From the NCBI GenBank assembly GCA_013265495.1, contig MU058252.1, forward strand, positions 1,026,244-1,090,243: a stretch of 64,000 nt of DNA, in the 5' to 3' direction. Below the pieces are notes generated by a model that searched no databases, was not told where the DNA came from, and saw only the letters and a program-made list of their open reading frames with translations. The stretch's first letter is position 1; each line of letters starts with the position of its first letter. Made by a program: the position numbers and the translations under genes. Source of the DNA: Vicugna vicugna. Taxonomy: Eukaryota. This document shows positions 52,561-64,000 of the stretch, one piece after another.

Positions 52561-53380
52561 CTTTGGGTGTCCCCTAGGGAAGGAGAAGCCAGCAGGCGCA
52601 AGGGCTAAAAAGCTGGCACAAGAGGCCAAAAAGGGAAAAAGTGGGGGACTCTTCCACTGGCGACTTCTACCTGGTGCGGTGATGGAAGGCAGGAGGCACG
52701 GCCAGTCTGGAGGCGTGCTCCGCAAAGAGCATAGAGAAGGCACAGAGGGGCACCACGTGGTTGGGCCAGGGCCAGAAGAAGGGAGAGATGGAGGAAGGAG
52801 GAGATGGAGAGAAGAGTATTTGGGAAAGAACAGACACCTTTCTCATGTGCATTCACCACTATGGGCTGGGGTCATTTGCATCAGTCAGATTGAGTTTCAG
52901 GGCCCTCTGAGAGTAGCCCAGCCAAGGTTCCTCAATCCTGGGCAAGACTTCAGGGAATTTCCGAACGCTAGGGAGCGGCAGGAAGGTCTGAGAGAGGAAA
53001 GGAAAGCAGAAGAGGGAAGCCTGCCCTGATGATTCTGGTGTCCAGAATGGAGCGTCCAGTCAAGCCAGGAGACTTCCATAGAAGCCCAAAGGGCTCCCCT
53101 GGAGTCCTAGCCACGTATGGGCCACCAAATGTTGTGGGCCACGGTGGCGCAGCCCGTATGGGGACATAGTGATGTGGGTTTGGTAAAAGAATTTACCAGA
53201 GGTAAATTATGGGAATAGAAAGGGGTTTGTTAGGGTGCACTGTCATAGACAACAGCAGGCCCCACAGACGAGAGATGCCTTCGTGAGCCAAGATGTTTTT
53301 TAAGATAGTAATATAATAACAGTAATTGCAGCATTCCTTTCCAGTTTTAATGCACTGACTGTAACTACACTCTTTTGCAG

Positions 53381-53504
53381 GTATGATTTTTAATGAACGT
53401 GATCAGGAGTTGAGAGACTTGGGGTATCAGAAACATGCCTTCAATATGCTTATTAGTAACCGCTTGGGCTACCATAGAGACGTGCCGGATACAAGGAATG
53501 CAGC
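53381..53504 (+). CDS. GALNT11: GALNT11 exon 3, 124 nt ([41 protein letters not shown])
   Basis: Acceptor tcttttgcAG, donor GC|GTATGT; frame consistent with flanking exons. Confidence 0.95.
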
Positions 53505-54812
53505 GTATGTTCCTTATTAGTTTCTGCTCATCATTTTAATAACAGTACTTTTAGTGCCAGTGTAATTAGTCATGGGGATGGCGTTAATATTTTGCAATTA
53601 GGCTTCATTATTCAGCGTACTAGAAAACTTAAGGCAGATTTTTACTCTTAGGTTTGAAGCCATGTGGTCTGAGAATGTACTAACAAAATTCCAGAGCTTG
53701 CTGTATTTCTTTTGAAATTTAAAATCATGTGGGGGAAATGGATGGAGGTGCTAACTGCATGTGATTAAATAACCCTCCGTGCATAAATAAACGTTTATTA
53801 TTGGATTCATGACAGAAAGAAATTAAAATCAGTGAAGAATTCTATTTATCTCACTTTTCTGTTTTCGTTGCTTTTGTTTCTTCAGAGGCTTTCATTCCTC
53901 TGGTCAATCAGCTGTTCATTCCTTGTTTGCTGGACACTCCGTTAGGCCCAGGGAATGACCAGAGTAAGACACAGTCCCTGGTTCACAGGGCTTGGAGTCT
54001 GGCAGGGGCGGTAGATAAGAAGATGAGTGAATGCAGTACCACAAGAGTGAGGGCTGCGGTGGGAACTGAGGAAATGGGGCCTCCAGACCAGAGTGATCAG
54101 GGAGGATTTCCCCACGTAGGGAACAGATTGAGGCATAAAGTTACATTGTTTGTCAAAGGGACTGAGACACTTCACTTGGGCTGTGGTGGAAGAATGGCAG
54201 GAGGCTGAAGGTGGGCGGGTCCCAGACCTTGGAAGGCTTGGTGTGCTGGGCAAAAGGGCGCGAATTCCAGATTTGATTCTTTAATCAGTGGTTTTTTATT
54301 GTGATGGCTTAAAGCCACTTACCCCTTTTTATCAAAAGTTGCTTACATGGAGGCTCTTCCATTATCCTGATACGTGTCATAGTTTACTTAATGTCTTTTT
54401 CTGTTATTGGGCAAAAAATAAAATTTTCAAATACCAAATTTCATACTTCTGTTACTTCCTTTTGAAGCCTCATCAAGGAGAAGAAACTGAACATCAGCTT
54501 ATGAGTGCTGCATTAAAAACTGTAGAGATTTCAGTGGACACACTTTTATGTAACCTCTGTACCAAAAAAGAAAAAAATGCAAGCTTTTAAAAAGTTGACT
54601 TAAACAATAAGCGGAGTAGTAGGTATTGGAAGGAGAAATTAATAAATGTAAAACTCTTGAATAAGAAACCACACTGGTCTCTTAAATGCTTTTTTAAACG
54701 TTGGTAAAATGTAAGAAAGTCTGCACAAGGGGGCAGTTAATATTTAGTGAAGAATAACCCAAAACACTTGGGCTTTTAAAATGTCAGAATGTCCCCATAT
54801 TTGTCTTCACAG

Positions 54813-54979
54813 ATGTAAAGACAAGTCTTACCCGACGGATCTGCCAGTCGCTAGTGTTGTTATTTGTTTCTACAATGAAGCCCTGTCTGCCTTGCTCCGG
54901 ACGGTGCACAGCGTCCTCGACCGCACACCAGCCCGGCTTCTTCACGAAGTTATCCTCGTGGACGATGACAGTGACTTCG
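54813..54979 (+). CDS. GALNT11: GALNT11 exon 4, 167 nt ([23 protein letters not shown]...[11 protein letters not shown])
   Basis: Acceptor tcttcacAG, donor G|GTAAGG; start of the GT-A domain. Confidence 0.96.
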
Positions 54980-55199
54980 GTAAGGAGTGTTGTAGAGTGT
55001 TGAGCACATCAGCAGAGCTGACCATTCAGTACATAATGGTTAGGAGGACCCTCCTGCGTGCAGTTGCAACAGGGCTAACCACAATTAAATGCCTGATTAT
55101 AGGGTTATTTTGAAGAAAATTGCCTTATCTTTGTAATCTGTTTACAAACTGCTACTCAGATTTGGTCCTTGAAATTTTTTCCTTGGCTTACCTTTTAAA

Positions 55200-55610
55200 A
55201 AAAAATTGTTTTATTTTGAAACAACTATAGATTGACAGTAAGTTACAAGGAGTTCCTGTGTACTTTTTCACCCAGTTTCCCCTCTTGGTTACATCTTCAA
55301 AACCAAGAATTTAACATTGGTACAATGTGTTACATGTACAGTGCTTTGTCCTTTTATTCCATGAGTAGATTTCTGTAACCACCACTGCAATCAAGATACA
55401 GGCTGGACTCCTCTGTTACCCTAATGATCTCCCACGTGCTACCACTTTATATTCATACCCACCTCCTTCCCCCATCTCTAATACCTGGCTACCCTAATCT
55501 CTATGATTTTGTTTCTGTGTCTATGATTTTGTCATTTCAAGAATGTTACATAAACAGAATCATGCACATGTGACCTTTAAGGACTGACTTTTTTCACTTG
55601 ATGTGATTCT
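55200..55610 (-). mobile_element. Old L1 3' end
   Basis: aaccaccactgcaatcaagataca...gtcatttcaagaatgttacataaac. Confidence 0.65.
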
Positions 55611-56268
55611 TCGGCTTAGGTTTATCTAGTAAGTCTGTTACACCCACTATTCCCAGATAAAAGTGGATTGCCTTCTGAAAGCTCTTAGCTGATCTCTGAA
55701 GGCCAGTATTTTATGATTAAATACATACTTGATACACCTTTCTTTAATTCAGTGTAGACTCTTTCTAAGAATGATTCAGTGTACACACAACAGGATAGAG
55801 GGCTTTTTTATTTGCACTACTCATGCAGCTCTCCTCTATCTCGTGAGACAGGTCGTGTCACCATTTTACAGAGGAGGAAATACTACGTGATTTGCTCCAG
55901 ATTCCACACCTGTGAAGCGGTAGAGTTGACATTAGACCCTTGGTCCACGTAACTCAAGCCTGCCTCTCTTTTCAGCACAATCAGCTGCAGGGACACACTG
56001 ATAACTGTATGTCAGTCACATAGTTTTCACAGCTCAGGTATTTATTGAGCATCTCTAATACCAGCAGCAGAACTGGTATGCCAGTATACTTACATACACG
56101 TAGTCAGGAAATGTGCACAGGAAGTTCTCATACCTTGGTGGGTATTGGAACTCACAGGAGAAATAGAAAACAAAATTTAATTTTAAAAATGAATGATTAA
56201 AAAAATGAATTTGAGTCTGTACCAATTAGAAGATTGACTAAATACTAAATTCTAGAATTTATGGTGTT

Positions 56269-56373
56269 GAAGTGGTGAGGGTATAGCTCAAGTGCTGGGG
56301 CGCACGCATAGCATGCACCAGGTCCTGGGTTCAGTCCCCAGCACTTCCATTAAAAAAGAAGAAGAAGAAGAAG
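56269..56373 (+). mobile_element. tRNA-derived SINE with (GAA)n tail
   Basis: TSD AGAATTTATGGTGTT at 56254-56268 and 56374-56388. Confidence 0.88.
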
Positions 56374-57058
56374 AGAATTTATGGTGTTAATTTTTTTAAA
56401 GTCAACCTGTATTTTGTTTTTTACTTTGTGGGTATTTTATCTAAAAGGGGAAATTCATGATCATTTACAATGGTTTATATACTAACTATGGAAAGAACTG
56501 TTATTATCTTACATGATCTTTGAAGTTCTTAAGAAATTTAAAGGGAAATGAGCTAGAATTTATAAAAAAATACTTAGTGTCTTTGGAAGGTGCTAAATTA
56601 ATAAAAGGTCACATTTACTGCTGCTATTACATAATTCTTAGTAGGAGCATAGTTGTTTCAGCTATTCTGAAATGGAGTAAGACTTATGTAAACGTCTTGT
56701 CATTTTCTTTGTTTTAAATCTGGTTTATGTGCAGTCAGCTGGACATTGACTCACTCAGGATACTCATTTCAAACATTGTTCAGGCAAAGCGTTGTGCTAG
56801 TTGCTGTGGAAATACAAGTAAGTCTATAACTGAGGTAACTGTTCTTCTAGGCTGCTGTTTCAGCTCTTACCCCTAATTTTCTTCCTTTTCCCTCTTTCCA
56901 GGATAAGCTATGATCTTCTTTTAAAATAAAGCAGAAGATTCTAATATTTACTTGATAGTTTGTTGTTGCAAGTACCAGATACAACTTGAGAATGTCTGTA
57001 AAATGTCTGTGCTTAAGTCTCATGTGGTTTGAACAGTTATGGGACTCTTTATTTTCAG

Positions 57059-57184
57059 ATGATTTGAAAGGAGAACTAGATGAATACATCCAAAAATACA
57101 TCCCTGGGAAAATTAAAATAATAAGAAATACCAAGCGTGAGGGATTGATTCGAGGAAGAATGATCGGAGCAGCCCACGCAACAG
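57059..57184 (+). CDS. GALNT11: GALNT11 exon 5, 126 nt ([42 protein letters not shown])
   Basis: Acceptor attttcAG, donor CAG|GTAGAA. Confidence 0.96.
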
Positions 57185-59799
57185 GTAGAACGCCCATTGA
57201 TTTTTCTTGGTGGGTGTTGAGTGATGAGGGCTCTGTCCTTGGAGCCATTCCTGATTTCTGCAGAGGTCTGTGAAAAGTAGTGTCTTAAGTGGGCGTTCCC
57301 AGCAAGAGACATGAAGCTTGTTCAATTTGGGAAAGGACTTTTCATAACTCCGACCCTGTTGTCCCAAAGTGCAGGCTCCAGGGAGGCAAACTCTTGAGTC
57401 CTCACTGGTCTGTTTTCATAGTGGTCCCTGATAGTGTGAACTGCTGCCTCTTAAATGGGTTTTTATCTTGTTCACTTATATGAGGAGAAGAGTCCAAACC
57501 ATAATATAACTGAATTTTTGTGGTTTTTTTAATGCAAAATTTAAAATATATGTACCCAAACTGTTTGATTTGAATTCTCCCAACATTTCTTAATGTATGA
57601 ATGCATACCACTGGTGATATGCATCATGGTTTTAGTTGGGTAGATGGACATAATATTATAAATTAACATCCGTGACTATAAAAGTATTTTAAAATTTCCT
57701 CTTAATCCTTCCGATTTCATCTAGGACAAAGTATCCATTAGTACTAGTGTCTTTTTAAAACCTTGCCAACACACAGTCTTCCCTTTGAAAAAGAAAGAAC
57801 AAGTATCCAATTTAGACTCTTCTGCAGGAAATATATCTGGTTTTTACTCAGTTACATTGTATCAGTTCAGATGTGTTTCTTTTTATGGTTACCTCTATGG
57901 AAGGTCGGTGATCCTGATTTTCATTTATGATCTTGATTTTAAAAATTTCCTTAAAATGCATTTAACTTAAAATAAATGAATTTGCTTGAAAATATTAGGT
58001 ATCTAGTATTATAGGTAGTGCCTGGGTGTGGCAAAAAAACAGAAAGTCATGAAGCAAATCTGAGAATCCCAGAACTTTGAGGGGCGTTCCCTAGTAGAGA
58101 CAGACTCTCCTACCTTCCTGTACACCGCCCTCCTCAAGATAACCAGTCACTGGGGTACAAGGTGGTTGGCACCGCTTGCTGTCACCACCCACTGTCCCAT
58201 TTCCTGGGTTAGTTGTGATTTAATTTTTAGAATTTTACTTCTTCCCTCCATTCTGTTAAACCTGCACAGAACAGGAGCAGTTAACAAAAAATGAGAAGTA
58301 GCTCGCCTCCATCCAGTCTGCAGTCATATGCAAATTGAATTCCAGACTTAATGATTTTCCTTCGCTAGAGGTCTAGTCAAAGACTTACTGACTTGGCTTC
58401 CTAAAGGAATGAGAGAAAGAGAAGGTTGTGAGTGTTCGTGGAGAATGGTGAGATGATGTCACAGAACATTGTCCTGGTAGAGTGTGTTGTTACTAAGAGT
58501 CTGTTATTTCCAGATAACAATAGTCATTTAGTTTTTCTCTTCAGACCTTTCAGTCCTTGTTCAGATATAGTTCAGAATCTGTGAAAAAAGTAAGCCAGCT
58601 TCTGGGAAATCAGTCTGAGGTTCAGTGACTGTGTATAATCTTCACCTCACTTAGTTAATTTGACTTTAATTGAAAAAGTAACATTTTTAGAATTAAGAAA
58701 AGCTATTAATACATTTTCTCCTCAAAGGAACATTGATTGAATTGAGTAGTGTACAGGTCGAATGGTTTGCCTTTCTGCATTAAATGACATCTGGTGAGCT
58801 GTAAACTCTTTACATCCTCACAAGGCCTGTTCACAGATATTGAAAGGCAAGACTCGGGCACTGTCACTCTCTTGCCTGAGATATTTCTGCTGTTGAAATA
58901 GGATGCATCCGGTGCTTCAAGCAATTCATGTAAAATCTGTCAGTTTATTTTATGGCTAAACCTTTAGAATAATAATGTTACCTGATGATGAGATTCTAAG
59001 TTTCTCAGTTGTTCAGAGTAGCCATTGTTGTCAGTCCCTCATTCCTGCTCACATTTATCAAGAGGAATTAAAAATGCGTGATAAAGTCTTTATGATTTTT
59101 ATCTTTTTACTAGCTAGAAGAAAAGTGTATCCCATGGCTGGTGAGAGCCACTGTGGCCAGCACGACTGGGGTAATTAGGAAAGGTGGGAAATGGGAGAAC
59201 AGAACTGAGCGCGGGGCAGTCAGGTGGTGAATCTGGGGTCGGGGTGGGGCTGTGTGGCTGATGAGAGGTGTCCGCCTTCTCTGCCTCCTGGGGATCCCTG
59301 CATCGTAGCAGTAATTGATAAATGAGGCCATGTTCTGAGTCACCAGTGAAGATGAGCTGTGTTCTCTGTTTACTAAGGCAGGGAGATAGATACTCAATTT
59401 ATAAACATTTCCATTACGATAATTGCAATAGAAGTATCTACACACAGCTGGCCGCTTTCGTTGCACCGCACTCTGCACCTGGCTGTCCAAAGGACTGACT
59501 TGTTCTGTGAGACTTGGAATCTGTTTATTGGGGAGGATATGGATTGTCTGTAAATTTTTTAAAGAGTTGTGCATATTGTTTGTATTTGATATTCAATCAT
59601 AGCAGTGCACTCCAGGCAGAATTCCTGGCCAGAAGACTCCCCCTGTTTGTGATTGGCAGTGAAGTAATGGTTTAATTGTTTGGGCTGAAAGGATGGCAGT
59701 TACGTTCACACCCTGTAAATGCATCATCCGATCGAACTGGCGGCCGGACCTAAATCCAGTGCTGTGGTGCTCTCGGGGCTCTGTTGTTTGCCTCCTCAG

Positions 59800-60049
59800 G
59801 AGAGGTCCTGGTGTTCCTGGACAGCCACTGTGAAGTAAACGTGATGTGGCTGCAGCCCCTGCTGGCCGCCATCCAGGAGGACGGGCAGATGGTGGTGTGC
59901 CCGGTGATCGACATCATCAGTGCTGACACACTCGCCTACAGCTCGTCCCCTGTGGTGCGGGGAGGATTCAACTGGGGGCTGCACTTCAAGTGGGATCTTG
60001 TTCCGCTCGCTGAGCTCGGGGGGCCAGAAGGAGCTACTGCGCCAATAAA
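59800..60049 (+). CDS. GALNT11: GALNT11 exon 6, 250 nt, DxH motif; gene continues beyond the window
   Basis: Acceptor cctcctcAG, donor [30 protein letters not shown]...[12 protein letters not shown]. Confidence 0.96.
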
Positions 60050-62159
60050 GTAAGATCCTCCGAGTGTTGGGAACTTCCCGCCAGTGTGTTTTCAAAAGAG
60101 AAACACATTCAAAGAGCAGAAATGTTGGCTTAACTTGTTTGTCCATTAAAAATTCTTGAGTGCTTAGTGAATTTTATGTGCTTTGCCACGTCCTAAAGAA
60201 AGATTTATGAATAAGAAATTGTCCCTGCCCTCAAGGATTTATGTCTTTGTGGGAAAGGCAGAAGTCAGCCGTGTCCTGGGATAATTGTTGCAGAGGGAGG
60301 ACCCACTGTGTGTTGTTTATGTCAGAACATGGCTTATCGATGGGTCACTGGCGTATTTTCGGTTCTTGGCTCGTGTGGGTGATGCTGTGAAGAACACGTA
60401 ACACACAAGCCGCCTCTGTGTTTAGGATGTTTAGGATGGGTTCCTCCCAGTACAGTGACCAAGTCAGAGTGTGTGAATTGCTTTCAGGTCTCATCCGTGT
60501 TGTCTAGTATTAGAAACCTGCTCTTATGTGTTGTTTCTCCTTTCTTGTTTTTGCTTTCTTTTAAATTTCTCATACAGATTTCAGAAAGATTTGTCTGTGT
60601 TTCTACTTTTTAAAGTTCTTGGACCTACTCTTTTTAGAAAAATAGCATACATGGAAAGTACACATTTGTATCTATACATGCATACAGTTTAATAAATGGT
60701 TATAATGTGGACACCTGTGAAACTACCACCCAGGTCAAGAAACAGCGCCTGCATGCCCCCAGTGCACGCTCCCTGGTCACAGCCCCTGCCCTCGTCCCTA
60801 GAGGTGTCGTTCCCTGACCCACTCACCATTGCCTCACTTTGCTGAGGAGTCTGACCAACTGTGTGTGATCTAAACAGTGTAGTCCAGTTTCCCTGGCTCT
60901 TGGACTTCATATAAATGACTCCGTGGGACTCATTACTGCCCTGCTTCCTTCACTCAACACTGCCTTAAAGGCCCCTACTGCAGTATATACCTGTAGTCAG
61001 TTCATTTTTATTGCTGTGTAATATTCTGTCAATGTATCGTTACGTTTATCCAGTTTGCTGTTGGTGAGGCAGTGGGGCTGTTCTCAGCTGCTGTTGTTTT
61101 AACGTTACACACGGTGCTGTTGTCAGCATTTTTATTCATGTTTCTTAGTTTATCAGTGCAACTGCCCAGGCACAGGCACACCTCTCCTCACCTTTCCTAA
61201 AAACATTTTCCCAGCACCTCAGGTGATCAGAATGCCTTGGCTCCTCAGCTCGCCTTTGGGTATTTGCCTACTTTCTTTCATCCGAACCAGACGGCCCAAC
61301 CAGACGGCCCCGGGGCCAGGTGATCTGCTGGCAGGGCAGGGTCGCCTTCTGCTCTCAGGCTTTGTGTTGCAGTTCTTTGTGATTCCATGCAAAAGGCACA
61401 CCCAGCTCTCAGTTGTCTTCCTGTCTTCACAGGCTTGCAACTCTTCTTGTTACCTTCCGGGGCTTTTGGTGTGGGTCTCGCTTCCCTCCCGGTGCTACAG
61501 GTGGGAGGTAGATGCTGGAGCAAGTCTCTCAGGAGAAGGAGGGCTGCCCTGGGACTGCCCGCCTGTGTTTCTGGTCCCCACGACCGCACATGGGAGGCAG
61601 ACGGGAGTGCTGACTCCACTTTGGGCTTTCCTTTGCTGGTGCGAGAGGAGAGGGCCTCAGACTGTTATCTGTGTTCTCCGTGGATCCAGTGATAAGTCAA
61701 ACCATATATAACAGCTTAGGGTGAAAAGTGGCCGACTCTACCTCTTTCTTCCCTATTCTCAGTCTTTCTCCCCAGAGGCCAATTCTTTTAACTGTTTTTA
61801 GTTTTGGTCTTCCAGGTCTTACTTCCTGAACTCTCTGATATGCAGAGTCTTCTTTTCAATGTCTAATCAACTTTAAACCCTCTCTATTGGAAAAGTGAAG
61901 GTTTGGCTCATTTACATCACTCCCGCGTATTCTTTATCACTTAGTGTTGTAGGAGGCTCATTTTCAGTTACTGTGTTACTTCCTTTTGGTACTTAAAAAA
62001 AAACTCTTGATCTGTTGACTTTTGACAGCATCATTTGACACTTCCTTGTATGACGAGAATGTGAATACCCCTTTCCCTTCTACTTTTTCCCCACTTTTTC
62101 TTCGGTAAGCTATTTCATGGTATCAGGGTTGCTAACTTCTTGAGTTGGGTGTTTAGATT

Positions 62160-64000
62160 TTGTAAATTTCCCATCTTTTTTCTAGTAGGTATTTAGGATG
62201 ATAAATTTTCTTCTAATCAGGACTTTAGTGGCATCCCACAAATTATGATACATCATTTTTTATCATTTATTTCAAAATATTTTCATTGTTTTCAAAATAG
62301 TCATTGTCACGTCTTCTCTGACCTGTAGATTATTTAGCAGTGCATTTATTTATTTTTTAACTTTTTTTTCTTGAGTTACAGTCATTTTACAATGTTGTGT
62401 CTAATTCCAGTGTAGGGCACAGTTTTTCAGTTATGCATGAACATATATATATTCATTGTCACATTTTTTTGCTGTGAGCTACCATAAGATCTTGTATATA
62501 TTTCCCTGTGCTGTACAGTATAATCTTGTTTATCTGTTCTACATTTTGAAATCCGAGCAGTGCATTTATTATTTTATAGACATATGGAAATTTTATAGTT
62601 GTTATTTAATCCTAGCTTAATTATACTGTGGTCAAAATCTGTATTTTCTGCAATTAAAGATGGGATTCTGTATCATTTGGGTCGAGCTTATTGTGTTATT
62701 CAAATATTTTACGTTCTTTTTAGTTTTTAATTTACATATCAGTTATTGAAAATGGTGTATTAATTTCCCACTGCAATTATGTGTCTGTTTCTCCTTGCAC
62801 TTCTTTATATGTTTTCTTCATATATTTTGAGGCTTTATTAATAGATGCATGACAATATAGAATTATTAAATCTTCTGGTAAGTGATACCATTTACCATTA
62901 TGCATCTTTCATTCTATACTTCTAGAGTAGTGAAACTTCTGCTTTATAGGCTGATGTTAATATGGCTGTTCCAGCTTCGTTTTGGTTAGTACTTGGTTGT
63001 GTAATTTTTCTTTTGCTGTCAGTCTTTCTGTGGTCTCATATTTAGATGTGTCCCTTGTAAGCAGCATGTAGTTGCCTTTGTTTTGTTTTTAAAACAGTGT
63101 GGAAAACTGTCTTTTAACTAGGGCATTCAGTTAACTATGTTCAGTCATATTACTTACATTTTTGTGTTTATGATTACAGTGGTACTGTTTACTTTGTATC
63201 TGTTATACTCTTTTTTCTCTTCTCTTTCTTTTGGTCTGAGTTACGGTTATTCTGTTCCCAACTGCCACCTCATTATTGAACATTATGGATTCTTACATAC
63301 GTTTCCCCTTTTGTGTTACTCTTTATCCTTTCTGCAGCTGCAGGCTTCCACCTAGGATTTATTTTCATTCTGACTAAGGAGCACATTTTAGTATTTCTTT
63401 TGGTTGGACCTTTAGGTGATTACTGCTCTCTTTTTCTGAAAATGCCTTTGTTTCACCATGATTCTGAAGAATCATTTTATTTGATACTCAGTTCTAGATT
63501 TGAAATTCAGTCCTGAATTATTAACTCAGTTCTAGATCAACACTCAGTTCTAGATTGATACTCAGCTTTAGATTGGTGCTCAGTTCTAGATTGATTTTAT
63601 TTGATATTCAGATTCTAGATACTCAGTTCTAGATCGATACTCATTTCTAGATTTCAGTTCATATTCTTTCAGGACTGAAGATACCATTCAAGAACCTTCT
63701 GGCTTCCACTGTTTCTGGTGAGAAGTCATCAACTATCTTATTTTTGTTTCTTTGAAGGTAATCTCTCTTATTGGCTGCTTACATTTTTTTTCTGTGTCAG
63801 AAGTGTTTTTCAGATGTACATAAACTTGGTTTCTTTATTGATAGCATCTAATTATTTGCCAAATTCTCAGTCTTATCTTTTATGCTTGAATATATTGAGC
63901 AGTTATTTTAAAGTCTCTGCCTGAGAACTCCACTACATGAAACCCTGCACGTCTGTCACTGTTGTAGACTGTTTTCTCTTTCCTTCCATGTGGTTTATCT
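62160..64000 (-). mobile_element. Old L1 tract with a nested younger L1 3' end (62351-62555)
   Basis: Nested copy flanked by TSD AGCAGTGCATTTATT (62336-62350, 62556-62570). Confidence 0.65.
63481..63660. repeat. Minisatellite, ~18-bp unit TTGATACTCAGTTCTAGA, ~9-10 degenerate copies
   Basis: ctcagttctaga core recurs at ~18-19 nt spacing. Confidence 0.85.

Larger units (their letters stand above)
49180..53288 (-). mobile_element. ERV1-class element with processed-mRNA structure (R-U5-PBS-gag/env remnants-PPT-U3-R-polyA)
   Basis: R copies at 53210-53288 and 49193-49271; U5 ends CAACA at 53130; PBS 53110-53127; PPT 49543-49550 then TGTTGG at 49542; AATAAA 49209-49214; poly(A) 49180-49190; TSD CAAGAT(G/T)TTTTTT. 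Confidence 0.8.

Noticed and set aside
61223..61711. Longest ORF in the track (162 aa)
   Set aside because: Non-ATG start, no recognisable motif or GALNT11 similarity; the next expected GALNT11 exon (SPTMAGGLF..WGGEN) is not in the window.
63481..63660. CRISPR-like array
   Set aside because: Units are head-to-tail without unique spacers, there are no cas genes, and the context is a mammalian intron.

Overview
This is mammalian genomic DNA, most likely camelid: it carries tRNA-derived SINEs of the camelid type and cetartiodactyl-type L1 3' ends, and I saw no Alu, Bov-A/BovB or PRE-1. Two tandem paralogous polypeptide GalNAc-transferase genes lie on the + strand. The first is the last six coding exons of GALNTL5 (1-20877; no lectin domain; AATAAA at 20907). 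The second is GALNT11: CpG-island promoter and non-coding exon 1 (~24.1-25.1 kb), then coding exons 2-6 (45960-60049), continuing past the window. All exons were assembled by eye, have GT-AG boundaries and keep a consistent frame. The rest is intron or intergenic repeat. I found no prokaryote-type system such as CRISPR or an operon. The most unusual structures are: (1) a ~4.1 kb antisense ERV1 in GALNT11 intron 2 built like an L1-retrotransposed viral mRNA (R-U5-PBS-gag..env-PPT-U3-R-polyA with an L1-type TSD), with a younger solo LTR nested inside; (2) three uORFs in the GALNT11 leader, one spliced and in frame with the CDS; (3) an orphan polyadenylated 3'UTR-like retrocopy inside an L1; (4) a sense solo LTR upstream of GALNT11 with TATA and CCAAT, no polyA signal and a terminal splice donor; (5) regulatory-looking splice and polyA coincidences in GALNT11 exons 3 and 6. 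Repeat family names come from recalled consensus sequences and need RepeatMasker confirmation.
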